DNA from: Acidimicrobiia bacterium
GTDB taxonomy: Bacteria > Actinomycetota > Acidimicrobiia > Spongiisociales > Spongiisociaceae
Reading direction: 5' to 3'
Length of the DNA: 64,000 bases
NCBI GenBank assembly: GCA_041576165.1
Contig: JBFGLM010000017.1
Coordinates: 24,807-88,806 of the forward strand
Shown here: positions 55,517-64,000 of the stretch, piece by piece
Layout of the letters: every line of letters begins with the position of its first letter
How positions within the stretch are numbered: the first letter of the stretch is position 1
Notes under the pieces: generated by a model
Told to the model about the DNA's origin: nothing
The model's database searches: none
The model's input: the letters and a program-made list of their open reading frames with translations, nothing else
Made by a program: the position numbers and the translations under genes

Positions 55517-58500
55517 TTAAGGATCGGATTCGGGGGGGTCCGCTTGAGCAGTTATGTGAGGTGGCATGTGACCGGCCACGTGAGTGGGGCGACCGGCCGA
55601 TCCGTCCGACCGAACGTCCACCACAACCCCATTAGGCGCGAGCGGGACTGTGGGAACCCCGCGCCCCAGCCGCACGAGCAGGGCGCCGACCATGATCAGC
55701 GCCAATGCCAGCGCCAGTTGCATGTCCGAGTCGATGCCGGTGCGGGGCACGGTCGTGCCGCTGCCGCCGCCACCCGAGGTGTCCTGCCCCAGGATGGAGA
55801 TCGTGATCTGCGCCTCATCGCACAGTCCGCCGCTGTCGCAGATCTCGACCGTCACAACATGGAAGCCGGGCACGTCCGGAACGCCGATCCACTGCCCGTC
55901 GGCTCCGAGCGAGACCCCGGGAGGCAACGAACCGCCGGTAACCCGGATCGTCACTTCACCACCTTCGGGATCATCGAAGCTCAAGGGCGGCAACGCCGTC
56001 CCGACCACCTCCACGATGGTCATCGGGTCGACGCTCGGCGGGTCGTTGACCTCGGCCACCGTCACCGTGACCATCGCCGATGTGCACAGGCCGCCGGCCG
56101 CGGTCCCGCCCGTTCCGGGGATCTCACAAATGGTGTAGGTGAACGTGTCCACGCCGGAGAAGTCCGCATCGGGCGTGTAGATGACCGTGTCGCCGTCCGT
56201 GGTCACGGAGCCGTTGGCGGGGGTACTCACCGCCACGATCTCCAGTTCGTGGCCGTCCGGGTCGCTGTCGTTGGCAATGACGTCGATTTCGACGGCGGTG
56301 TCTTCCAGAGTCTCAGCAGGGTCGGCAGCCGCCACCGGAGCGTGGTTGCCACCCACCGCGAAGTCGACATCCAGGTCTGTCTCGTCGGGCGCCAGGCTGA
56401 TCGAGATCGGGTCGGCGCCGCCCATCCCGACCGGCAGGCTATCCGGGTCGACCTCTACCAGGTAGAGGCCCGGCGCCACGCTCGCGAAGCTGTAGCTTCC
56501 GTCCGCAGCGGTGGTGGTGACGCGCTGGATGTCGTCGGCTGTTCCAACGATTCCGTCGTCGCCCACGAAGGTGGCGGTCACGGTGACGCCGCCGAGGCCG
56601 GGTTCGTCCGAGTCATTGACACCGTCGAGATCTACATCCTCGAAGACAAGGTCGCCAACCGTGGCCGTGCCCGTGAACGGCAGGGCATCTGTGGCAACTG
56701 TGCCTCCGGTGGCAACGGTCAAGGTGATCGGCCCCGGTGGAGTGGTCCCGGGCGGAGCGTCGGACGGATCGATCGAGACTTCGTACGTTCCGGCCGGGAG
56801 GTCCTCGACCGTGAAAGCGCCGGTGGCGTCTGTGACGGTCGTGAAGACAAGGTCGTCACCCCCGCCGACAAGGCCATCGGGGCCCAGCCAGGTCAGCGCA
56901 ACCGTCACCCCGGCCGGGGTTGGTTCGTTGGGATCCACGGCCAGGTCGACGTCCACATCAACAAAGACCGAACCTGCAACGGCGGCGGACCCGATGAAGC
57001 CGAAGTCGACCGCCGTCCGGTTCTCTCCCGATCCCAGAGCCACGGCCGCCAGCCCGTCGGCCGGCCCCGAGGCGTCGAACGTCGCCTGGTTGAACCCGCC
57101 TGCGGCCGCAGTCGTGTCCACGCTGACCCGGTACGCGCCGGCCGCCAGGCTTGTGTACGAATACCCGCCGGAGGCATCGGTGACGCCGGCGAAGCTTGCG
57201 TCGTCGCCGGTGCCGAACAACCCGTCGGCTCCCGCCCACAGCAACAGCACGCCCGCCCCGGCGATCGGAGGATCAGCCGGATCGAGCGCCCCGCCCCCGC
57301 CGAGATCGTGGACGACGGTGCCGCTGATCGAGCCCGAGCCGGCCAGCCCCACATCGCTCAGGGTGTCGGCCTCGCCGGACTGGAGCGTCACAGCCGCCGG
57401 GTTGTTGCCGGTGGTCACGATCGTGCCGGCCGGCTCGATCACGTTCACCTCGAACGTGCCGGGCGGCAGCCCGGGCAGCACGTACGTGCCATCGGCCGCC
57501 GTGACCACAGCAAAGGTCTGATCGTCGGCGGTCCCGATGACTCCGTCCGGACCGGCCCACGTGATGTCCACGGCGACCGCCGGGGCCGGCGACTCGCCTG
57601 GATCGACAACACCGTCGCCGTCCAGGTCGTAGAAGACCGAGCCGCGGATCTCGGTGGCGGCGAACAGTCCGGCGTCCACATCCGTTCGGGCCTCACCCAC
57701 CGCCAGGGGAATGATGGTCGTCGCGCCGATGGTCGGATCGACGTCGGAGTCGATGGAGTCGTCGGCCCCGATGTCCTGTGCGGTGAACTCCAGGGTGGCG
57801 GGCGAGGTGACGATCACAACGTAGTCACCGGCGGGGAGGTCCGAGAAGAGGTAGGTGCCACCCGGACCGGTCAGCTGGGCGGCCACCAGCGTCTCGGCAA
57901 CGCCGTCGCCGGTCGTGTCCTCATACAGCGCGACCGACACGCTCTGCAGTCCGGGCTCGCCGCCCTCCCGGCCGTCGCCGTTGAGGTCCTCCCACACGGT
58001 GCCGGCAATCGACGCGGCCGGCTCATAGCCGACGTCGGAGGCAGCCACCGTGGCGCCGTCGGGGACGGAGACAGGCTGGGGATCGTTGGCGGTCGAGAGC
58101 AAATGATCGGACGGGAAGCCGGACGACGTTTCATCGACGTCGACCGTGTAGTCACCGACGGGCAGAATCACCGCAATCGTGCCGTCGGCGGCGGTGACTG
58201 ATGTAGCAACAACGGTGCCGACCGCGTCGGTGATGATGACCGTGACGCCGCCCATCGGCGTGTCGCCGCCGGCGGGGTTGAATACGCCGTCCCCGTTGGC
58301 GTCGACGAAGACGAAACCAGCCAGCGTGCCGGAGGGCACCACCGTCACATCGGCGGTGTCGGAAGCATTGACCGGATTCCCGAGCGGATCGAGGGCGGCA
58401 ACCGACGCCGCGTTGGTGAAGTCGGCCGTCACGGGGCCGACGATGCAGGTCACGATCACCGGGGCCGCTCCGGCCGCCAGTGCGCCGATCACCGTGTCGC

Positions 58501-61500
58501 AGCCGGGCGCCAGCGGATCCGAGACGGTGACCCCGGTCAAGTCCGTATCACCGTTGTTGGTGACGACGATCGTGAATGAGGCAGTTCCGCCATCCGGGAC
58601 GGTCTGAGCATCCGGCGTCTTCTGGATGTCGACGGACGGGGCCAATACGGTGACGTCGGCGATATCGGTGTCGGTGACGGTCACGCCCGACCCCGGGTCG
58701 GTTCCGCTGGCGTCAACCGAGTTCGTGAAGTCGGTCGCCACCGCAACTTCGGTGCAGGTGTAGGCGGTGGAGTTGCCGGGCGTGAGCGAACCCAGCGCGG
58801 CGTCGCAGGCCGGCACAGCCGGGTCCGTCACGGTGACGTTGTCGAGGTCGGTGTCGCCGACGTTGGTCACGGTGATCGTGAAGGTGGCGTCGCCTCCCAC
58901 GACGACCGACTGCAGGTCGGGCGTCTTTCTGACGAGAATTGCCGGAGCTACCACGTCGACGTTGGCTATATCGGCATCGCTCACGGTGGCGCCGATTGGA
59001 TCGGTCGCGGACACGTCGACCGTGTTGGTGAAGTCGGCGGTCACGCCGGCAGCCGTGCAATTGTAGGAGACCAACGCCCCCGACCCGAGCGGCCCGATCA
59101 CGGCGTCACAGGCCGGAACGGCGGCGTCGGTGACGGTGACGCCGGTGAGGGCTGTGGCGCCCGAGTTGGTGACGGTGATGGTGAAGGTCACGTCCGATCC
59201 GTAGGGCACGATCTGGAGGTCGGGTGTCTTCTGGACCTCGACTGCAGGGACCAGCACGGTGACGGTCGCAGAATCCGAGGAGCTCACTGGCGACCCGATG
59301 ACGGCGTCGGTTCCGGTCACGCTGGCCGTGTTGGTGAACCCGGTCGTGACGCCCGAGACCGAGCAGTTGTATTCGACCGTTCCGCCGACCGGCACGCTGC
59401 CGATGGCGCTGTCGCAGGCCGGGACCGTCGGATCCGATACGACCAGGTCGGCCAGCGCCACGTCCCCGGTGTTGGTCACCCGCACGGTGAACTCGGCCGT
59501 CCCGCCGGCCACGATGGTCTGAGCGTCCGGCGTCTTGGAGATCGCCACCGCCGGGCTGATGACATCTACTGCACCATCGTCGGCGTCTGAGACGACGTTT
59601 CCGAAGCTGTCCGTGCCGCTGACTGTGGCGGTATTGACGAAGTCGGCTGCGACCCCCGCCGCCGCGCAGCCATAGGACACCGTCTCGTCGATCGCCAGCG
59701 GCCCCAGCACCTGGTCGCAGCCGGGCGCGAGCGGATCGTTCACGGTGGCGGCGGTGATCGCTTCGGATCCGCTGTTGGTCACCGTGATGGTGAAGGCGGC
59801 GGTGCCGCTGGACAGAATGGTCTGCGTGTCCGGGGTCTTCTGGATCTCGATGCCGGGATTCACCACCACCACGTCGGCTGAGTCGGAGTCGCCCAGCACG
59901 TTGCCAAGCGGGTCGGTGGCCGACACCGAGGCGATGTTCGTCAGGTCGGCCAGGACGTTGTTGAGCGTGCAGTCGTAAGAGCTGGAGGCGCCGGCGGCCA
60001 CCGTCCCGAGGTTGGCGTCACAGGCCGGCACCGCCGGATCGCTGACGGTTACGTTGTCGAGAGGCACGTCACCACGGTTGGTGACGGCGATGCTGAATGT
60101 GACCGAACCGCCGCTCGCCACGGTTGTCAGGTCGGGAGCTTTGCTGATCTCGATCACCGGCGAGATGATGTCTACATCGGCCGTGTCGGAATCCGACACG
60201 GGCGCACCGAGGGGGTCGGTCGCGGTCACGTCGGCCGTATTCGTGAAGTCAGCCGTGACGTTGGTTGCGGTGCAGGTATACGACACCGTCGCACCCGAGG
60301 CCAGGGTCCCAAGGGCCGCGTCGCACGTTGGGACCGAGCCGTCGCTGACCGTGACTCCGTCGAGCGAGGTCGCCCCCGAGTTCGTCACGGTGATCGTGAA
60401 CGTCACGTCCGACCCGTACGGTACGACCTGGAGGTCGGGTGTCTTCTGGACCTCGACTGCGGGCACCAGCACCACCACGTCGGCGGTGTCGGAGGCGGTC
60501 ACAGTCGCGCCCAGGACGTCGTCGATGCCGGTCACGATGGCCGTGTTGGTGAAGTCGGCGGTTACCGCGGCGAGTGAGCAGGAAACCGTGGCCGATGCGC
60601 CCACCGCCAGGGCGCCGATGACGGTGTCGCAGCCGGGCACCGCCGGATCGGTCACTGCCACCCCGCTGAGATCGACATCGCCGGTGTTCGTGACCGTCAC
60701 GTCAAAGTCAGCCGTTCCCCCAGAGATGATCGTTTGGGTGTCAGGGGTCTTGGCGATCGACACCGCGGGTGCGATAACGTCGACGTCGCCGGTGTCGGCG
60801 TGGGTATGGGTGCCGCCAATCGGGTCGCTGGCGGACACGGTGGCGGTATTGGTGAAGTCTGATGTCACCCCGCCAACCGAGCAGGCATAGGAGATCGACC
60901 CGCCGGCCGCAATCGTGCCGAGGTTGGCGTCGCACCCGGGGGCGGCGGGGTCGGTGACCGTGACGTTGTCGAGGGTCGTGGCACCGGCGTTGGTGACCGT
61001 GATCGTGAAGCTGGCGGTGCCGCCCGACATGACCGTCTGCAGATCCGGCGTCTTCTGGACGTCGACGGCCGGGACGAGCACGTTGACGGTGGCAGTGTCC
61101 GAGGCGCTCCAGGTGCCGCCGATCGGGTCGTCGGCCGTGACGTCGGCCTGGTTGGTGAAGTCGGCGGTGACTCCCGCCACCGAACATGAGATGGCCTGGG
61201 ACTCCCCGGCGGCAAGGAAAGCGAAGCTGGTTTCACAACCGGGAGCGAGCGGGTCGGCGATCACCACGTTGCTCAGATCGACGTCGCCCGGGTTCGTCAC
61301 CGTGATGGTGAAGCTGGCGGTTCCACCCTGGACGACGCTCTGGGTCGCCGGGGTTTTGCTGACGGTCAGTTGCGGGTTGATCACATCGACTGAGGCGCTG
61401 TCGCTGTCGGTCACAGTCTGAAGGGGATGTTCACCTTGGGCCGAAGCGGTGTTCGTGAAGTCGGCACCCACCGAAGTGACGGTGCAGGTGTAGGCAGTGG

Positions 61501-64000
61501 TGGCGCCCGCAGCCAGCGCTCCCAGCGCCCGATCGCAGGCCGGCACAGCCGGGTCGGTCACGGTCACGTTGTTGAGGGCGACGTCGCCGCTGTTGTCGAC
61601 GGTGATCGTGAAGGTGGCGTCGCCGCCGGCCAGGATCTGCTGCGTGACCGGATCCTTGGTGATGGTGATGGCCGGATGCGCCACGACGACGTTGGCCGAG
61701 TCGCTCGCCGAGACCGACCCGCCCGGATGGTTGGCGGCGACGTCGGCAGTATTCGTGAAGCTGGCGGTCACCGCGCTCAGCGTGCAGGCGTAGGACGTGC
61801 TGGCGCCGATGGCCAGCGGGCCAATGGCGCGGTCGCAGTTGGGTGCCAGCGGGTCGCTGACCGCCACTCCGGTCAGGTCATAATCACCCGTGTTGGTGAC
61901 CGTGATCGTGAAGCCGGCGACACCGCCCTCCAAGATCTCTTGGTTGGCCGGGTCCTTGGTGAGGCTGATCGAGGGAACGAGAACGTTCACCACCGCCGAG
62001 TCGTTGTCGGTCAGCGATGTGCCGATAGCGTCGGTGGCGGTGACAGACGCGACGTTGGTGAACCCTGCGGTGACCCCGGTGGCGGAACACGAATAGCTGG
62101 TCGAGGCACCTGCCGCCAGCGCCCCGATCACCAGATCACAGGCCGCAACCGCCGGATCGCTGACGGTGACGGCGCTCAAGTCCATGTCACCGGGGTTGGT
62201 GACGGTGATGGTGAAGGTGGCGTCGGTGCCGGTCAGAATGTCCTGGGTGGCCGGGTCCATGGTGATCTGCACCGATCCCGGCCGCGCGAAGCCGAAATCA
62301 ACGCCGGGGACCGGTGCACCGGCGACCGTCGCCGGAAGCGGGTTGGCGGTGGTGGCCACCATGCCGGCCGGAAGGGTTGCCTCATCCACCCGCACGGTGT
62401 AGCTCCCGTCGGGGACAGGATTGAAGAGGTAGGATCCGCCGCCGGCCGTGGTCGTCGTCTGCACGACAGATCCGCCGCCGTCGAGCAGCTCGACCGTGAC
62501 TCCGCCGAGCCCGGCCTCGCCGGCTTCCTGAGCGCCACTGGCGTCACGGTCGTCCCACACCACCCCGCTGATCGGGTAGGTCGGCACCACGGTGTAGCCG
62601 AAATCGGCGCTGTTGTAGTCCTCCCCGGAGGCGAGCGTCACATCGAGCGGCTCGGTCCCCACCGCCAGCGTGGCTCCGGTCGGCAGCGTCGCCTCATCCA
62701 CGTCCACCCGGTAATCCCCCGGCGCCAAACCCGTGAAGTCGAACGAGCCATCGGCGGCGGTCACCTGGGTAGCCACCGTCACGTCGTCGCCGGTCCCCAA
62801 CAGCCCATCCGGACCGGGACCGATCAGGTTCACCGTCACGCCGCTCATACCCTCACCCGGGTCCGGGGTACCGCTGCCGTCGAGATCCTCGAAAACCAGG
62901 TCCCCTATCGAGGCGGGCACGATGTAACCGAAGTCGGCGTCGTTGTAATCCTGGCCGGAGCCGAGCGTCACATCGAGCGGCTCGGTCCCCACCGACAGCA
63001 CCGAACCGGCCGGCAAGCTGGTTTCGTCCACGTCCACCCGGTAATCCCCCGGCGCCAAACCGGTGAAGTCGAACGAGCCATCGGCGGCGGTCACCTGGGT
63101 AGCCACCGTCACGTCGTCGCCGGTCCCCAACAGCCCATCCGGACCGGGACCGATCAGGTTCACCGTCACGCCAGCCAGGCCTTCACCGGGATCGGCGAGA
63201 CCGTCCCCGTCGGCGTCCTCGAACACCGAATCCCCGACGGAGCCTCCGATCACGTACCCGAAATCGGCCGTGTTGTAGTCATCCCCGGAGACAATGGTCA
63301 CGTCCAGCGGCTCGGTCCCGACCGCCAGGGTGGCGCCAGCGGGCAGCGTTGCCTCGTCCACATCTACCCGATAGTCGCCGGGAGCGAGGCCGGTGAAGTC
63401 GTAGAGGCCTACGGCCGTGGTCAGCTCGGTGGCAAGCACCACGTCGTCGCCCGTGCCCAACAATCCATCGGGACCGGAGCCGATCAGGTTCACGGTCACA
63501 CCGGCCAGCCCCTCGCCGGGTTCGGGCGTACCGCTGCCGTCGAGATCCTCGAAGACGAGGTCGCCGATCGATGCCGGGAGGTGGTAGCCAAAATCGGCGG
63601 TGTTGTTGTCGTCCCCGGATTGGAGGGTTAGGTCGAGGGGTTCGATCCCGACCGAGAGGACCATGCCGGCCGGCAGGGTGGTTTCGTCTACGTCCGCCCG
63701 GTAGTCACCCGGCGCCAACCCGGTGAAATCGTATGATCCGTCGGCGGCGGTCACCTGGGAGGCCAACGTGAGGTCGTCACCGGTCCCCAGCAGCCCATCG
63801 GGTCCCGGGCCGATCAGGTTGACCGTCACGCCGGCCAGGCCTTCACCCGGATCCGCCATACCATCGCCATCGACGTCCTCGAACACCAGATCGCCAATGG
63901 TGGCCGGCACGTAATAGCCGAAATCGGCCGTGTTGTAGTCATCCCCGGAGGCAACGGTGATGTCCAGCGGTTCGGTCCCCACCGCCAGCACCGAACCGGC
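55517..64000 (-). CDS. Giant repeat surface protein/adhesin (SdrD-B-like, DUF11/DUF7507-like and cadherin/Ig-like domains, sortase-type C-terminus); 5' end outside window
   Basis: More than 2820 codons open; GD.VF.D.DG.G repeats; 13 FTITVTN.G repeats; NHAPVA..D; VPRTG plus TM plus RLGR. Confidence 0.92.
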   Translation of the reverse strand, partial: AGSVLAVGTEPLDITVASGDDYNTADFGYYVPATIGDLVFEDVDGDGMADPGEGLAGVTVNLIGPGPDGLLGTGDDLTLASQVTAADGSYDFTGLAPGDYRADVDETTLPAGMVLSVGIEPLDLTLQSGDDNNTADFGYHLPASIGDLVFEDLDGSGTPEPGEGLAGVTVNLIGSGPDGLLGTGDDVVLATELTTAVGLYDFTGLAPGDYRVDVDEATLPAGATLAVGTEPLDVTIVSGDDYNTADFGYVIGGSVGDSVFEDADGDGLADPGEGLAGVTVNLIGPGPDGLLGTGDDVTVATQVTAADGSFDFTGLAPGDYRVDVDETSLPAGSVLSVGTEPLDVTLGSGQDYNDADFGYIVPASIGDLVFEDLDGSGTPDPGEGMSGVTVNLIGPGPDGLLGTGDDVTVATQVTAADGSFDFTGLAPGDYRVDVDEATLPTGATLAVGTEPLDVTLASGEDYNSADFGYTVVPTYPISGVVWDDRDASGAQEAGEAGLGGVTVELLDGGGSVVQTTTTAGGGSYLFNPVPDGSYTVRVDEATLPAGMVATTANPLPATVAGAPVPGVDFGFARPGSVQITMDPATQDILTGTDATFTITVTNPGDMDLSAVTVSDPAVAACDLVIGALAAGASTSYSCSATGVTAGFTNVASVTATDAIGTSLTDNDSAVVNVLVPSISLTKDPANQEILEGGVAGFTITVTNTGDYDLTGVAVSDPLAPNCDRAIGPLAIGASTSYACTLSAVTASFTNTADVAANHPGGSVSASDSANVVVAHPAITITKDPVTQQILAGGDATFTITVDNSGDVALNNVTVTDPAVPACDRALGALAAGATTAYTCTVTSVGADFTNTASAQGEHPLQTVTDSDSASVDVINPQLTVSKTPATQSVVQGGTASFTITVTNPGDVDLSNVVIADPLAPGCETSFAFLAAGESQAISCSVAGVTADFTNQADVTADDPIGGTWSASDTATVNVLVPAVDVQKTPDLQTVMSGGTASFTITVTNAGATTLDNVTVTDPAAPGCDANLGTIAAGGSISYACSVGGVTSDFTNTATVSASDPIGGTHTHADTGDVDVIAPAVSIAKTPDTQTIISGGTADFDVTVTNTGDVDLSGVAVTDPAVPGCDTVIGALAVGASATVSCSLAAVTADFTNTAIVTGIDDVLGATVTASDTADVVVLVPAVEVQKTPDLQVVPYGSDVTFTITVTNSGATSLDGVTVSDGSVPTCDAALGTLASGATVSYTCTATNVTADFTNTADVTATDPLGAPVSDSDTADVDIISPVIEISKAPDLTTVASGGSVTFSIAVTNRGDVPLDNVTVSDPAVPACDANLGTVAAGASSSYDCTLNNVLADLTNIASVSATDPLGNVLGDSDSADVVVVNPGIEIQKTPDTQTILSSGTAAFTITVTNSGSEAITAATVNDPLAPGCDQVLGPLAIDETVSYGCAAAGVAADFVNTATVSGTDSFGNVVSDADDGAVDVISPAVAISKTPDAQTIVAGGTAEFTVRVTNTGDVALADLVVSDPTVPACDSAIGSVPVGGTVEYNCSVSGVTTGFTNTASVTGTDAVIGSPVSSSDSATVTVLVPAVEVQKTPDLQIVPYGSDVTFTITVTNSGATALTGVTVTDAAVPACDAVIGPLGSGALVSYNCTAAGVTADFTNTVDVSATDPIGATVSDADIANVDVVAPAILVRKTPDLQSVVVGGDATFTITVTNVGDTDLDNVTVTDPAVPACDAALGSLTPGNSTAYTCTEVAVATDFTNSVDASGTDPGSGVTVTDTDIADVTVLAPSVDIQKTPDAQTVPDGGTASFTIVVTNNGDTDLTGVTVSDPLAPGCDTVIGALAAGAAPVIVTCIVGPVTADFTNAASVAALDPLGNPVNASDTADVTVVPSGTLAGFVFVDANGDGVFNPAGGDTPMGGVTVIITDAVGTVVATSVTAADGTIAVILPVGDYTVDVDETSSGFPSDHLLSTANDPQPVSVPDGATVAASDVGYEPAASIAGTVWEDLNGDGREGGEPGLQSVSVALYEDTTGDGVAETLVAAQLTGPGGTYLFSDLPAGDYVVIVTSPATLEFTAQDIGADDSIDSDVDPTIGATTIIPLAVGEARTDVDAGLFAATEIRGSVFYDLDGDGVVDPGESPAPAVAVDITWAGPDGVIGTADDQTFAVVTAADGTYVLPGLPPGTFEVNVIEPAGTIVTTGNNPAAVTLQSGEADTLSDVGLAGSGSISGTVVHDLGGGGALDPADPPIAGAGVLLLWAGADGLFGTGDDASFAGVTDASGGYSYTSLAAGAYRVSVDTTAAAGGFNQATFDASGPADGLAAVALGSGENRTAVDFGFIGSAAVAGSVFVDVDVDLAVDPNEPTPAGVTVALTWLGPDGLVGGGDDLVFTTVTDATGAFTVEDLPAGTYEVSIDPSDAPPGTTPPGPITLTVATGGTVATDALPFTGTATVGDLVFEDVDLDGVNDSDEPGLGGVTVTATFVGDDGIVGTADDIQRVTTTAADGSYSFASVAPGLYLVEVDPDSLPVGMGGADPISISLAPDETDLDVDFAVGGNHAPVAAADPAETLEDTAVEIDVIANDSDPDGHELEIVAVSTPANGSVTTDGDTVIYTPDADFSGVDTFTYTICEIPGTGGTAAGGLCTSAMVTVTVAEVNDPPSVDPMTIVEVVGTALPPLSFDDPEGGEVTIRVTGGSLPPGVSLGADGQWIGVPDVPGFHVVTVEICDSGGLCDEAQITISILGQDTSGGGGSGTTVPRTGIDSDMQLALALALIMVGALLVRLGRGVPTVPLAPNGVVVDVRSDGSAGRPTHVAGHMPPHITAQADPPESDP
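55541..55584. repeat. Four degenerate octamers at 12-bp period upstream of parA
   Basis: CGCTTGAG 55541, TATGTGAG 55553, CATGTGAC 55565, CACGTGAG 55577. Confidence 0.5.
58340..62280 (-). repeat. 13 diverged ~300-bp intragenic repeats
   Basis: Unit K(T/D)P..Q...G..A.FTITVTN.G...L..V.V.DP..P.C...C....VTADFTN. Confidence 0.88.
62590..64000 (-). repeat. 330-bp intragenic tandem repeats (four or more copies)
   Basis: ADFGY codons recur every 330 bp; 62701-62842 and 63031-63172 differ at one base. Confidence 0.9.

Noticed and set aside
55505-63631. Long plus-strand ORFs (898 aa, 734 aa and others)
   Set aside because: Antisense shadows of the GC-biased repetitive adhesin, with no recognisable motifs.
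1-64000. CRISPR array, rRNA, intact transposase or prophage
   Set aside because: No repeat-spacer array, rRNA motifs, DDE transposase or phage structural genes seen; the long repeats lie within protein-coding genes.

Overview
GC-rich chromosomal segment, most likely from an actinobacterium (Acidimicrobiia-like by inference from the GlnR-type boxes, actinobacterial LexA box, SigK/RskA pair, DUF222-HNH gene, Cys-containing SLH repeats and frequent leaderless starts). About 55 CDS are supported. They include a two-component pair, a candidate light-response cluster (ECF sigma, anti-sigma, acyltransferase, photolyase, B12-binding regulator), a peptide ABC transporter, NhaA, a SigE/flotillin/TPM cluster, amtB, an aminotransferase-IV/sulfotransferase-like operon and menE/H/D/F. 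The right third holds an endonuclease IV-LigD polymerase fusion, an unannotated structured RNA, tRNA-Lys(TTT) with a decayed integrative island, an SOS-boxed DUF222-HNH remnant, a ParA plus ribbon-helix-helix pair with 12-bp-period repeats, and a giant (>2800 aa, truncated) repeat adhesin. The strongest leads are (1) the EndoIV-PolDom fusion and the ~175-nt multi-hairpin RNA just downstream of it, (2) an AdoB12 photoreceptor-type regulator whose candidate operator recurs at the sigma-photolyase promoter, and (3) the ParA/RHH cassette with repeats inside the 3' end of the adhesin gene. All calls come from reading motifs by eye; no database searches were run.
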